The notes under the pieces: generated by a model | The model's input: only the letters and a program-made list of their open reading frames with translations | Told to the model about the DNA's origin: nothing | Database searches by the model: none | Made by a program: the position numbers and the translations under genes | From: Dehalococcoidia bacterium | Lineage (GTDB): Bacteria; Chloroflexota; Dehalococcoidia; Bin125 | Length of the DNA stretch: 64,000 nucleotides | NCBI GenBank assembly: GCA_963422755.1 | Contig: OY730488.1 | Strand: one strand, 5' to 3' | In this document: piece after piece, positions 19,232-28,962 of the stretch | How the letters are laid out: the number at the start of each line of letters is the position of its first letter | Position numbering within the stretch: position 1 is the stretch's first letter

Positions 19232-19964
19232 TTGCAACCTCCGGCAATGCATCATGTATCTGAGCGTCAAGCTCACGCCCAGCTCGCTTCTTTCCAACGC
19301 GGCGGCCCTGGCTGTCGTGCGCGCCCCACTGCTTGAAAAAGAACGGCACCTCGGCAGCTGAGCACTGGTCTCGCACCACACGCGCCCAGGCCGGATCCAT
19401 CACCCGTGCACCTGGCCCGCTTTCTCCCCCGACAATCACCCAATCTATGTCGGACAGGTCAAGCTGCAGCCCGCCCAGCAGCGGCTCGCAGGACAGGAAT
19501 CTGACTCGGGCCGGTACGCGTCGCAGGTCATCGACGCGGTGGATGAAGCGCTGGCTCTCTACCGACACGCCCATCCAGACGTTCTCGGGCCACGGCAACA
19601 CCGGGGCAAGCGCAGCGAGACGCTCCGACCGTTTCGTCAGTACCTGAAAGCGGTGCTGCCGAGCGGCGCGCAATGTATCGAAAACTTTGGCGATGTACTC
19701 GTCAGGCACATTTGGATGAAACAGGTCACTCATTGAGTTCACGAAGATGGTGCGCGGTTTCTTCCAGCGCAGCGGCTGTTCCAGGCGCTCAGGGCGCAAT
19801 TGCAGGTCGAAGCCACGTTCATACGGGTGACCTGGCACTCCGCGAAACCGTTCCGCGAAGGTTTTGGCGTAGCAGTGAGCGCAGCCTGGACTAATCTGCG
19901 TGCAGCCGGTGACGGGATTCCAGGTCGCCTCGGTCCACTCGATGCTCGAACGTTGCATCGGCAT
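19224..19964 (-). CDS. DUF5131 / phage Gp37-Gp68 family protein (radical-SAM-like, CX6CX2C)
   Basis: SIEWTEATWNPVTGCTQISPGCAHCYA, FVNSMSDLFH, LTKR, SCEPLL, GGESG, FFKQWG. Confidence 0.92.
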   Translation of the reverse strand: MPMQRSSIEWTEATWNPVTGCTQISPGCAHCYAKTFAERFRGVPGHPYERGFDLQLRPERLEQPLRWKKPRTIFVNSMSDLFHPNVPDEYIAKVFDTLRAARQHRFQVLTKRSERLAALAPVLPWPENVWMGVSVESQRFIHRVDDLRRVPARVRFLSCEPLLGGLQLDLSDIDWVIVGGESGPGARVMDPAWARVVRDQCSAAEVPFFFKQWGAHDSQGRRVGKKRAGRELDAQIHDALPEVANA

Positions 19965-20014
19965 CTCTCTTTCGCGCGCGTATTAGAGCAGGTAATCTAC
20001 ATAGTCAAGCTGAC

Positions 20015-20050
20015 GTTGGCGCCTGCGTTCCCCCCGACGCAGGCGCCAAC
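20015..20050. terminator. 14-bp-stem hairpin downstream of tRNA-Ser(CGA)
   Basis: GTTGGCGCCTGCGT-loop-ACGCAGGCGCCAAC; no U-tract. Confidence 0.55.
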
Positions 20051-20144
20051 ATAGCTAGGACTTCAGAAAACGCCCGGAAATCAGTGGCGCGGATCTAGCA
20101 GTATCTAGTCGATCTGGTCGGTCGAAGAAATAGAGTCCGTTGGC

Positions 20145-20236
20145 TGGCGGAGAGGGTGGGATTCGAACCCACGAGGCACGTCGCCGCACCTACCGATTTT
20201 CGAGATCGGCTCCTTCGGCCACTCGGACACCTCTCC
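20145..20236 (-). tRNA. tRNA-Ser(CGA)
   Basis: Acceptor GGAGAGG/CCTCTCC-GCCA, anticodon arm CCGAT-CTCGAAA-ATCGG, long variable arm, GGTTCGAATCC. Confidence 0.96.
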
Positions 20237-20356
20237 GACGCCAGTATACGCAGCCGACGCGGCTCGCTCGGACCGTCTGCGCAATAGCGCAATAGGCTGT
20301 GCGTGAAGCGACTAGACAACCGGCCCTCGGTCCGACGTTCTCGAGTGGAGCCGCCC

Positions 20357-21886
20357 GTGACCATCGAATCTCCGCAGACGATCTCTGAGCTGCTCGCCCC
20401 GCTTGAGGGCGGCGCGCCTGCGCTGGATGCTCCTGGACGCGAAGCACTGAGTTTTGACGGCTTGCGCCAACAGATCACCCGTACCGGCGAGCAGCTCAAC
20501 GGTTTTGGCTTGGGCCGTGGGGACAGCATCGCGCTCGTGCTACCCAACAGCGCCGAGATGGCGTCGGCCTTCCTCAGCGTGGCCAACGCGGCCACCGCTG
20601 CGCCGCTCAATCCCGGCTACCGGGCCGACGAGTTCGAGTTCTACCTCACCGACCTGGAAGCAAGGGCCGTGGTCGTGCAGGACGGCGTCGAGTCAGCCGT
20701 ACGCGCGGTCGCGCAGCGCCTGCGTATTCCACTGCTGGAGCTGCAACCGGAATCGAACGGTTCGGCCGGCGTATTCACGCTCTCGGCCTCCATCTCGGGA
20801 ACGGCGGAGCGGCCAGGCGAAGCTGGCCCAGACGATGTCGGCCTGGTGCTACATACATCGGGCACGACTGCGCGGCCGAAGATCGTGCCTCTGCGCCAGC
20901 GCAACCTGATCGCGACCGCGCGCAACATCCGCGAGACGCTGCAGCTCACCCCAGCCGACCGCTGCCTCAACATTATGCCGTTGTTTCACATCCACGGGCT
21001 GATGGCTGGCGTACTGGCCAGCGTCGGCGCCGGCGGCTGCAGCTGGTGTTCGCCGGGCTTCAACGCCCTGCAAGTCTTCGCCTGGCTGCGAGAGGCGCGG
21101 CCCTCCTGGTACACCGCGGTGCCGACGATGCACCAGCTGATCCTCACCCGCGCTGCGCGTAACGCCGATGTGCTCGCGGAGACTGAGCTCCGCTTCATCC
21201 GTTCTTCGTCCTCGTCGTTGCCGCCCACCGTGATGGCGGAGTTGGAAGACACGTTTGCCGCGCCAGTGATCGAGTCGTACGGCATGACCGAAGCGGCGCA
21301 CCAGATGAGTTCAAATCCCTTGCCGCCGCTTGAGCGCAAACCGGGCAGCGTTGGTCTGCCGGCGGGTCCCGAGATCACGATCATGGATGAGGACGGCGCG
21401 CTGCTTGCTCGAGGCCAGCGCGGCGAAGTGGTGATCCGCGGCGACAACGTCACCGACGGCTATCGCAACAACCCTGAAGCGAATGCCAGCGCCTACACCC
21501 GGGGCTGGTTCCGCACGGGCGATCAGGGTGTGCTCGACCGCGACGGGTATCTCACGATTACCGGACGGCTCAAGGAGATCATCAATCGCGGCGGCGAGAA
21601 GATTTCGCCGCGCGAGGTCGATGAGGCGCTGCTGCAGCATCCGGCGGTCGCCCAGGCGGTCACCTTCGCCATCCCCCACCAGCGGCTTGGTGAAGAAATC
21701 GCCGCTGCTGTGGTCCTCCGTGATGGCTCAGAGTCGGACGAACGCGCGATTCGCAAGTTCGTCGGCGCACGACTCGCCGATTTCAAAACGCCGCGCCGTG
21801 TCGTGATCCTCGATGAGATCCCCAAGGGAGCGACCGGCAAGGTCCAGCGAATCGGTCTGGCGGAACAGCTCGGGCTAGCGGAGTAG
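20357..21886 (+). CDS. Acyl-CoA synthetase (oxalate--CoA ligase-like)
   Basis: HTSGTTARPK, PLFHIHGL, YGMTE, FRTGD, RGGEK, PKGATGK; start uncertain. Confidence 0.9.
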   Translation: MTIESPQTISELLAPLEGGAPALDAPGREALSFDGLRQQITRTGEQLNGFGLGRGDSIALVLPNSAEMASAFLSVANAATAAPLNPGYRADEFEFYLTDLEARAVVVQDGVESAVRAVAQRLRIPLLELQPESNGSAGVFTLSASISGTAERPGEAGPDDVGLVLHTSGTTARPKIVPLRQRNLIATARNIRETLQLTPADRCLNIMPLFHIHGLMAGVLASVGAGGCSWCSPGFNALQVFAWLREARPSWYTAVPTMHQLILTRAARNADVLAETELRFIRSSSSSLPPTVMAELEDTFAAPVIESYGMTEAAHQMSSNPLPPLERKPGSVGLPAGPEITIMDEDGALLARGQRGEVVIRGDNVTDGYRNNPEANASAYTRGWFRTGDQGVLDRDGYLTITGRLKEIINRGGEKISPREVDEALLQHPAVAQAVTFAIPHQRLGEEIAAAVVLRDGSESDERAIRKFVGARLADFKTPRRVVILDEIPKGATGKVQRIGLAEQLGLAE

Positions 21887-21954
21887 CAATCCGACTGGAC
21901 GCACCCGTACCCGTCACACCGCCACGCCCAGGTCGCTCCAGGGCTCGCGCGGCT

Positions 21955-22488
21955 CTAGGGCTTGGCGTCGATGCTCTTGAGCAGATCGCGGATTTCGCTC
22001 AGCAGCTCAGAGTCGCTGGCGGCTGCGCTTCCTGTCGGGGCGGATGGCCCCGCGCCTTCGCGGACGAGCTCCCGCTGGCGCAGGACGGCGTCGCGGAACA
22101 CGGTCGCGTCGACCACGCCGATCAGATTGCCTTCGGAGCCAGTAGTGATCGACTGGCCGGCTGTCTCGACTTTGAGGCCTTGCAAACCGTACATGCGCAT
22201 GAGCGGATCATCGTGCAGCCGTACATCGGTAATTCGATCGAGTGGGATGGTGCTGTCGCTGCGGAAGTAGACACCGCGCGTGCACTCCAACGATGTCGGC
22301 GTGAGGCGCGCGCTCAGTCGAGCGTAGGCTCTCGGCAGATACGAGACGCTCCAGAGCAGCCAGAACGGGATCAGCGGGATGCCGACGACGGTGATGAACA
22401 GCAGCAGACTGACGGCCAGCCGGCCATAGTCCATCACGCGTCGATCAAATTCCGCGTCCGAGAGGATTTCGCGCCTCGCTGATGTCAT
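21955..22488 (-). CDS. Bacterial PH-domain (YdbS-like) membrane protein
   Basis: N-terminal TM segments, IPLDRITDV, PLMRMYGL, VETAG. Confidence 0.8.
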   Translation of the reverse strand: MTSARREILSDAEFDRRVMDYGRLAVSLLLFITVVGIPLIPFWLLWSVSYLPRAYARLSARLTPTSLECTRGVYFRSDSTIPLDRITDVRLHDDPLMRMYGLQGLKVETAGQSITTGSEGNLIGVVDATVFRDAVLRQRELVREGAGPSAPTGSAAASDSELLSEIRDLLKSIDAKP

Positions 22489-22721
22489 CGTTCACGTCCG
22501 ATTCACCGCTGTGCCATCACCTCCACGTAACGATAGAGCGTCAAGCCTGCCAGCGAGTGTCGAGGGGCGTGGAGGTCAAAATGCCGCCCGACATCCGAAG
22601 GGATGGGCGCGAGGTTACAGAACCACGCCTGGCGGACGCCGCTCTGGCATACAATACGTGGGACGGCGGTTTCGCCTGATTCCGCGCCACATCGCTCGGG
22701 AGCTCGTGGACCGTACTGCTC

Positions 22722-22811
22722 GGAGAGGTGCTGGAGTGGACGATCAGGCACGCCTGGAAAGCGTGTAGGGGTGCAAGCCCCTCGTGGGTTCGAATCCCAC
22801 CCTCTCCGCCA
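22722..22811 (+). tRNA. tRNA-Ser(GGA)
   Basis: GGAGAGG/CCTCTCC-GCCA, CACGC-CTGGAAA-GCGTG, long variable arm, GGTTCGAATCC. Confidence 0.96.
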
Positions 22812-23092
22812 GCTTGGGGACTACTCCGCTCATTCGGGTGCTCGCCGGCTGTAGACGGCGATGAGGTCCGCGGGGAGTGCTGCAGCCGCAACAAGCTGAT
22901 CATGGCCTGCAGCGGTGACATCGACCTCAGCACCTGAACCGGCGCTGACGACCGACGAGGTCGCCACTGCCATCTGTCGCTGCAGTTGGACTCACTACTG
23001 AGCGACGCCCGAAGCGCACGCGTCCAGCGGCGATAGACTGCCTGCAAACCCGCTCTGGCCGAAGGCCGACAGTTCCGAATGAGAGGCCGCCC

Positions 23093-24694
23093 ATGCCCGT
23101 AGACCAGACGCGCGAGTCGTGGAAGCCCGGACAAGACTGGATGGGCGCGATCGACGAGATCAACTACATCAAAGAGATCGCCCAGGAGATGGGCGGAGCG
23201 CACGGCGTCGAGCGGCAACATCGCGGCGGGCGTGACACGATTCGTGAGCGGATCGACAAGTTCCTCGATGCCGATTCGTTCTTCGAGGCAGGTCCGCTGG
23301 TCGGTGCCTACGAGTACGACGGCGACGGCAACCTGCGCGACTTCACACCCGGCGCATTCGTGATGGGCATGGGGCAGATCGACGGTCGTAACATCGTGAT
23401 CGGCGGCGATGACTTCACCATCTCCGGCGGCTCACCGCACAACATTTCCAAAGGTGCCTCGCAGTTCGCGACACCGCTCGCCGCACAGTACGGCCTGCCC
23501 TACGTCCAGCTAATCGAGGGCGTCGGACACTCGGCCAAGCGCGACGAAGAAGAAGGTCGCATGGCGCTGCCCGCTGGCCAGACCTGGTGGCGGCACATCA
23601 ACCTGCTCAACAAGGTACCGGTCGCCTCCGGGATCATGGGGTCAGTCGCCGGTGCGCCCGCGGCGTTCGCCCTGCTGTCGCACTTCACCGTGATGATCAA
23701 GGGGCAGTCACAGATATTTCCCTCTGGCCCACCTGTCGTCCGGCGCGCCATCGGAGAGACCTTCAACAAGGAAGAGCTGGGCGGCTCACACGTCCACGTC
23801 TACCAGAGCGGCCAGGTCGACAACGAGGCGGAGTCAGAAGAGGACGCCTTCGACCAGATCAAGCGCTTCCTCTCCTACCTGCCCGACACCACCAACGACG
23901 TCACTGAGCGCATCCACAACGGCGACGACCCGAACCGTCGGGTCGAGGAGCTGCTGCGGATCATCCCCGAGAATCGCAAGCGCGGCTACAACCCGCGCAA
24001 GCTGGTCAAGCTGGTCGTCGACCACGGCGAGTTCTTTGAAATGCGGCCGCACTGGGGTGGTGCGATCATCACCGGCTTCGCGCGGATCGGCGGATATGCG
24101 GTGGGCGTGGTGGCGAGCGATCCGTACGTCATGGCGGGCGCCATGAACGGCGATGCTGCCGATAAGTTCACACACTTCGTCGACCTCTGCGATGGCTTCA
24201 ACCTGCCGATGGTGATCTTCCTCGACATGCCAGGCTTCATGCTGGGTTCGCAGGCGGAGCTGAACCAGACCATGCGACGCGGTACCCGCGCGCTGATCGC
24301 CGCTTACGAGGCGGACGTACCCAAGATCGAATTCAACATCCGCAAGAGCTACGGCGTCGCCGCCGACGCGCCCAACAGTATGGGCGAGCCAAACGGCGTC
24401 AACCTACGCTTCGGCTGGCCCGCCGGCGAGTGGGGCGGCATTCCGATCGAGGGCGGCGTCGCGGCGGCCTACAAGCGTGAGATCGACGCGGCTGAGAACC
24501 CCGAAGCGCATCGCGAAATGATCGAGAATCGCCTCCTACGCCTGCGCAGTCCGATGAAGGCCGCGCACAACTTTGACGTGATCGACCTGATCGACCCGAG
24601 AGACACACGCCGCATCGCGTTTCGCTTCATCGACGCCGCGCAGCCCATGCTCAAGCGCCTGGCCCAAAGACCAAAGCGCATCATCCGACCATAG
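23093..24694 (+). CDS. Acyl-CoA carboxylase carboxyltransferase subunit
   Basis: RERID, DDFTISGGS, GPPVV, EELGG, DMPGF, RKSYG, IDPRDTR. Confidence 0.92.
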   Translation: MPVDQTRESWKPGQDWMGAIDEINYIKEIAQEMGGAHGVERQHRGGRDTIRERIDKFLDADSFFEAGPLVGAYEYDGDGNLRDFTPGAFVMGMGQIDGRNIVIGGDDFTISGGSPHNISKGASQFATPLAAQYGLPYVQLIEGVGHSAKRDEEEGRMALPAGQTWWRHINLLNKVPVASGIMGSVAGAPAAFALLSHFTVMIKGQSQIFPSGPPVVRRAIGETFNKEELGGSHVHVYQSGQVDNEAESEEDAFDQIKRFLSYLPDTTNDVTERIHNGDDPNRRVEELLRIIPENRKRGYNPRKLVKLVVDHGEFFEMRPHWGGAIITGFARIGGYAVGVVASDPYVMAGAMNGDAADKFTHFVDLCDGFNLPMVIFLDMPGFMLGSQAELNQTMRRGTRALIAAYEADVPKIEFNIRKSYGVAADAPNSMGEPNGVNLRFGWPAGEWGGIPIEGGVAAAYKREIDAAENPEAHREMIENRLLRLRSPMKAAHNFDVIDLIDPRDTRRIAFRFIDAAQPMLKRLAQRPKRIIRP

Positions 24695-24724
24695 CTCTGT
24701 ATCCCCGACCAGTCGCTGCGGCTA

Positions 24725-26341
24725 TCAGTTGAGGTATTCAAGCGGGGGCACGTACTCAAGGCTCCACTCGGACCACGGACGAGCTCCATACTCGTCGGCC
24801 GCACGCACGCGCACCCGCACTGTTAGGTGGTTGTGCTCGCTCCCCCTCATCGTCTCCGGCCCAAGGGCGATGAGATGCAGCGGCGTCCCAGCGGCAAGTG
24901 TCGCTGAAACAACCGTTTTGATCTCGTGGCGGTAGCTGATACATTCAGCCCTGATCATGATGCCTAAGCCGCAAGCCATTTCCACAATGTAGTAATCCGC
25001 ACCAGCCACATGTAGCCATTTGACATCGAAGCTCTGCTGATCAGAACGCAAGTGTAGTTCTGGGGCCTTGATCGGTGCGATCACCGGTAGCGGTTTCTCG
25101 ACCACCCAGTCCGTCCATGGACCATAGTCGCCCGCATAGACTGCCCGCACCCGCGCCCGATAACCTTCTAAACCGGTGGTTGGCACCAAGAAATCTGTCA
25201 AATGGTCGCTGATAGGATCGCGCTGCGAGTATTCCGTGCCCACAGGTCCGGCGGTCGATGAGAGCGTTCTGAAGACTCGCTTTTCTGTACACTTCGCTGT
25301 GGTGCACTCGGCCTGTCCCTCATACCATCCGGCTTCCGCTATTGGGTCCCATTTGATGCCTAACCAGCCATTCGCCAGCCGTTGCACATTGAGATTACTG
25401 ATACTAGGCATTTGCGGCACCGGGGTTGCTGTCTTCCAGCTCGTCCATGCGCTAGTACCGTCCGCATTGGTTGCGCGCATGCGCACTCGATAGTCGTTCC
25501 CAGGCTGCCACTCTTGGACGGTGTGTAAGGAAGACGAGTATATTTTGAAGCTAAAATTGTTTACACACTCAGCTGTGATGCACCTGGCCTCGCCTTCATA
25601 CCACTCGGCGCCTGGCACCAAGTCCCATTTGAGCCTGACCTTGCCGTTCGACAGCCGATGCACCTCGTAGTTACTGATAGCGGGCAGAACCGGCGGCGTG
25701 GTTTCGGTCATCCAGGCCGTCCAGGGACCACGCTCGCTACCCTTGACCGCGCGCACGCGGGCGCGATACTTTACTCCTGCCTGCGTAGAGAGGATAGAGT
25801 ATGACCGTGATCCACTCACTTTTAAGGTTCGGTTGTCTGTACAGCCGGCCGTGATGCACTCGACCTTAACCGTATACCGCGCTGCTCCCGATACTGGGTT
25901 CCATTTGACGCTCAGGTTGCCGCTCGCGAGACGCTGCACATCCAATCCTGTGGCGAAATCAGCCATTGCAAACGAACGAGACCACAGCGACCATTGCAGC
26001 CAGCGCTCCACTCCCTTAGTGACAGTTATCCTACCGCGCACGCGCACTTTCATCATATTGCCGCGATCTTTCAGCGCGCGACGGTCGACTACCAGAGTCG
26101 TAGAGTCGCCGGAGGTCATGCGTGTAACCAATGGTCGAGGACGCGCATCGATCCGGAACTGCACCTCATACCTATCGGGCTGGATGTTTGAATCAGGCGT
26201 CCAGCTGACGCGGAGGTTTCCGTTTGCCATCAGGGCAACGAGCGGCCCTTCGATCCGCGCCTCAGCCGTTTGCGGATGCAATGTACCGACCAGCGCCGCC
26301 AGCATCACAGCGGCCAACAGGCCAAAGATACCGAGTTTCAT
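24725..26341 (-). CDS. Secreted FN3-like repeat protein 1 (~5 domains)
   Basis: Signal peptide MKLGIFGLL..TAEA; repeats G-x-L-x-V-x-W...Y..EC-x4-C...YRARVRA...W(S/T)xW. Confidence 0.8.
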   Translation of the reverse strand: MKLGIFGLLAAVMLAALVGTLHPQTAEARIEGPLVALMANGNLRVSWTPDSNIQPDRYEVQFRIDARPRPLVTRMTSGDSTTLVVDRRALKDRGNMMKVRVRGRITVTKGVERWLQWSLWSRSFAMADFATGLDVQRLASGNLSVKWNPVSGAARYTVKVECITAGCTDNRTLKVSGSRSYSILSTQAGVKYRARVRAVKGSERGPWTAWMTETTPPVLPAISNYEVHRLSNGKVRLKWDLVPGAEWYEGEARCITAECVNNFSFKIYSSSLHTVQEWQPGNDYRVRMRATNADGTSAWTSWKTATPVPQMPSISNLNVQRLANGWLGIKWDPIAEAGWYEGQAECTTAKCTEKRVFRTLSSTAGPVGTEYSQRDPISDHLTDFLVPTTGLEGYRARVRAVYAGDYGPWTDWVVEKPLPVIAPIKAPELHLRSDQQSFDVKWLHVAGADYYIVEMACGLGIMIRAECISYRHEIKTVVSATLAAGTPLHLIALGPETMRGSEHNHLTVRVRVRAADEYGARPWSEWSLEYVPPLEYLN

Positions 26342-26537
26342 GAGACTACCCTCCGCATCATCCGCTTTTGCGCGGAGGAATCCTGTACCGGATCGCAGCA
26401 CCAGAGTACATTAGGGTACTCCAAGGCGTCACAGCCGGGTTCGTCCCGACCACCGAGCCGCCGCCGCCAAACGCAGTCGCTTCTAGACCAACGACTGTTC
26501 AACATCCTGGCGATCGTGACGCTGGTGGTCGCTGTGC

Positions 26538-28334
26538 CTATTGCGCCTCATCGCTCCAGGCGGACCAGCCCCGAACTCCATGCACATCGCCCGCGCGCAC
26601 GCGCGCATGGTATTGGTCGGTTGCGTCTAACAGTTTGGCTGGGATGACCATGTGCACGGCAGTCCCGGCGGGCCATGCTTCCTCGTTGGCCACCCCGAAC
26701 CCACCTCGGCTGCTGCTGCAACCCGCGCGCACGCACAGAATTTCGAACCTGTAGTGGCTGGCACCGCCTACGGCTACCAACTCGACCCGCAGGTTGCCGT
26801 TGCTGAGCCGCTTCACAGTGGGTCTGTCGACCGGTGCCAGCAACGGCATATGCGTCGCGGCCGACCAGTCCGACCACGCCCGCGGGCCGCGTTTGTTACC
26901 CGCGCGCACTCGCACCCGATAATCCCCTGAGCCGGTGACCGACACGACGGTCTGTGTCTGTGGCTCTCCCACCCCGACGGTTCGGTTGTCGGTACACGCC
27001 GGTATGGCGCACCCGATCTCAACCAGATACCACTCGGCGCCCCGCATTGGGGCCCAGCTGATGCTCAACCTACCGTCCGCCAGCCATCGCGCCTCAGGGC
27101 TACCGATCGCATCGAGGGAAGGAATCGGCGTCACGGGTACCCAGTCCGACCACGCCCGTGCTCCATGCGGGTCGACCGCGCGCACCCGCGCTCGATAGAT
27201 ACCGTTGGATACGAATTGGGACGGACTGAGCAACACATGGGTGCGCGGTGCACCCACTACTTGCTTATCTTTCGCGCACGCTGGATCAGATCCTGATGTG
27301 AGCTTACACGCCAGTTGGACATGATATTGTGCCGCCCCTTCCACTTTATCCCAGTCAATCAATAGATCACCGTTAACGTCCGATCCTATAACAGGATCAT
27401 TGATATCAGGCAGCACAGGCAGCGGTGTTTCGGATACCCAGTCCGACCACGTCTGCGTTCCATGTGTATCGACCACACGCACCCGTGCCCGGGACTTCAA
27501 CGCTGTATCCAAGGTCCAGCTGTAGCCTGGCGTGAACGTCCTCACTTTGATTGGACACGGCGGTGACGCACACCTAATCTCAAGATGGTATAACTGGGCG
27601 TCCGGCACCCTGTCCCAGTTGACTCTAATCTTGCCTGTCACCAGCCGCCGCACGCTCAGATTAGCGACACCAGAAAAAGCTGCCGGCGAGGTTTCGTACA
27701 CCCAGTTCATCCATGGGCCATCCCCGTTCGCCTTGATCGCGCGCACGCGCACGCGATACACCATACCTGCCTGCGTCGATAGGGTGGCATATATATTCGA
27801 TCCGGGCACGCTGACGGCTTGGCTGTCTGTGCACCCTGACATGGCACACTCGATCTCGGCTTCATACCGCGCGGCGTTCAGCACTGGTTTCCATTTGATT
27901 ATCAGATCGCCGTTCGCGAGGCGCCCTAGCTTCCACCCGGTGACGAAATCTGCAAGTACGAACGGAGTGGACCACTGTGACCATCTGCCCACTAACCACC
28001 TGTCAGTCCCTGCCTCGAGTCTCCTGCTCCGCACACGAACCCTCATCTTGCCCTGTTCATGAATTAGCGAACTGCGGTTGATCACCATAAATGTAGCGTC
28101 ATCGTCCGTCACGCCCGCAAACACTAAGCGAGGACTAAGCGCATCTCGAATTTGCACCTCATACCCGCCAAGTTGCAGGTATGGATCGCGTGCCCAGCTT
28201 ATGCGGAGGTCTCCGTTTGCCATCGGCGCAACTGCCGGTTTCCCAACCCGCGCCTCGGTCGTTTGCGGATGCAGCGCACCGACCAGCCCCACCAGCAGCA
28301 CAGCGACTAACACGCCAAAGATTCCGAGTTTCAT
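26538..28334 (-). CDS. Secreted FN3-like repeat protein 2 (~6 domains)
   Basis: Paralogue of protein 1; WSQWS, WSDWS, WSAWS. Confidence 0.8.
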   Translation of the reverse strand: MKLGIFGVLVAVLLVGLVGALHPQTTEARVGKPAVAPMANGDLRISWARDPYLQLGGYEVQIRDALSPRLVFAGVTDDDATFMVINRSSLIHEQGKMRVRVRSRRLEAGTDRWLVGRWSQWSTPFVLADFVTGWKLGRLANGDLIIKWKPVLNAARYEAEIECAMSGCTDSQAVSVPGSNIYATLSTQAGMVYRVRVRAIKANGDGPWMNWVYETSPAAFSGVANLSVRRLVTGKIRVNWDRVPDAQLYHLEIRCASPPCPIKVRTFTPGYSWTLDTALKSRARVRVVDTHGTQTWSDWVSETPLPVLPDINDPVIGSDVNGDLLIDWDKVEGAAQYHVQLACKLTSGSDPACAKDKQVVGAPRTHVLLSPSQFVSNGIYRARVRAVDPHGARAWSDWVPVTPIPSLDAIGSPEARWLADGRLSISWAPMRGAEWYLVEIGCAIPACTDNRTVGVGEPQTQTVVSVTGSGDYRVRVRAGNKRGPRAWSDWSAATHMPLLAPVDRPTVKRLSNGNLRVELVAVGGASHYRFEILCVRAGCSSSRGGFGVANEEAWPAGTAVHMVIPAKLLDATDQYHARVRAGDVHGVRGWSAWSDEAQ

Positions 28335-28422
28335 GACTAACTACCCCTCATCTCTCTCTGCTTTGCGCGGAGGAAGGCTGCGCCAGAACGTGGTGCAGAA
28401 TAAACCAGACGTGCCAGGCTGT

Positions 28423-28646
28423 TATCGCCTCGGTACGGGACATCGTCAACATGGCGCGGTCGCGCTCCTCCGGGCGCACCGGCGCGAAACCGAAGTCGCA
28501 GTTGCCCAGCACCGCGGACGTCAACCGTGCCAGCCGGAGATCGTGCAGTATGAGTCTCACTGAATCTGCGCGTCGTAGTGCGTGTGCAGATCGACGAACC
28601 CCATCGCGACAACGGCACCGCCACGGATGAGTACGCCACACTCCAT
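28423..28646 (-). pseudogene. Relic of a D-aminoacylase/amidohydrolase-family gene
   Basis: MECGVLIRGGAVV..GFVDLHTHYDAQIQ*DSYCTISGWHG, then frameshift to TSAVLGNCDFGFAPVRPEERDRAMLTMSRTEAI; deletion, stop and frameshift. Confidence 0.8.
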
Positions 28647-28795
28647 CGCATCAGTCTCTAAGCGATCCAGAATCTATCGCTGCTTCTGCGCCTCGCCCGT
28701 GCTGGGTGATGTGCTGCAGTGCTGATAGGGGAACTGGATCGCCGGCGTGTCGAGAGGTGAGGCCATGCGGCGTTCTCCGCCTCAACATGTGACCA

Positions 28796-28885
28796 CATGG
28801 CGCGACCCTGCATGGCGCGACCCTGCATGGCGCGACCCTGCATGGCGCGACCCTGCATGGCGCGACCCTGCATGGCGCGACCCTG
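28796..28885. repeat. Tandem repeat, 6 x 15 bp CATGGCGCGACCCTG
   Basis: Six perfect contiguous copies. Confidence 0.97.
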
Positions 28886-28910
28886 CGCCGCCACAGAGAT
28901 GTGGCGGCGC
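28885..28910. terminator. GC-rich hairpin downstream of FN3 gene 3
   Basis: GCGCCGCCAC-AGAGAT-GTGGCGGCGC; inverted near-copy at 31771-31796. Confidence 0.55.
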
Positions 28911-28962
28911 AGGTGGCCGATCCTTCGCTGCGCCCCGCACCCAGCTCACTGTTGTGAGCCCG

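Noticed and set aside
18186-20145. Prophage or integrative element at tRNA-Ser(CGA)
   Set aside because: No integrase, structural genes or duplicated tRNA 3' end seen.
22812-23090. SRP RNA after tRNA-Ser
   Set aside because: Conserved domain IV sequence not found.
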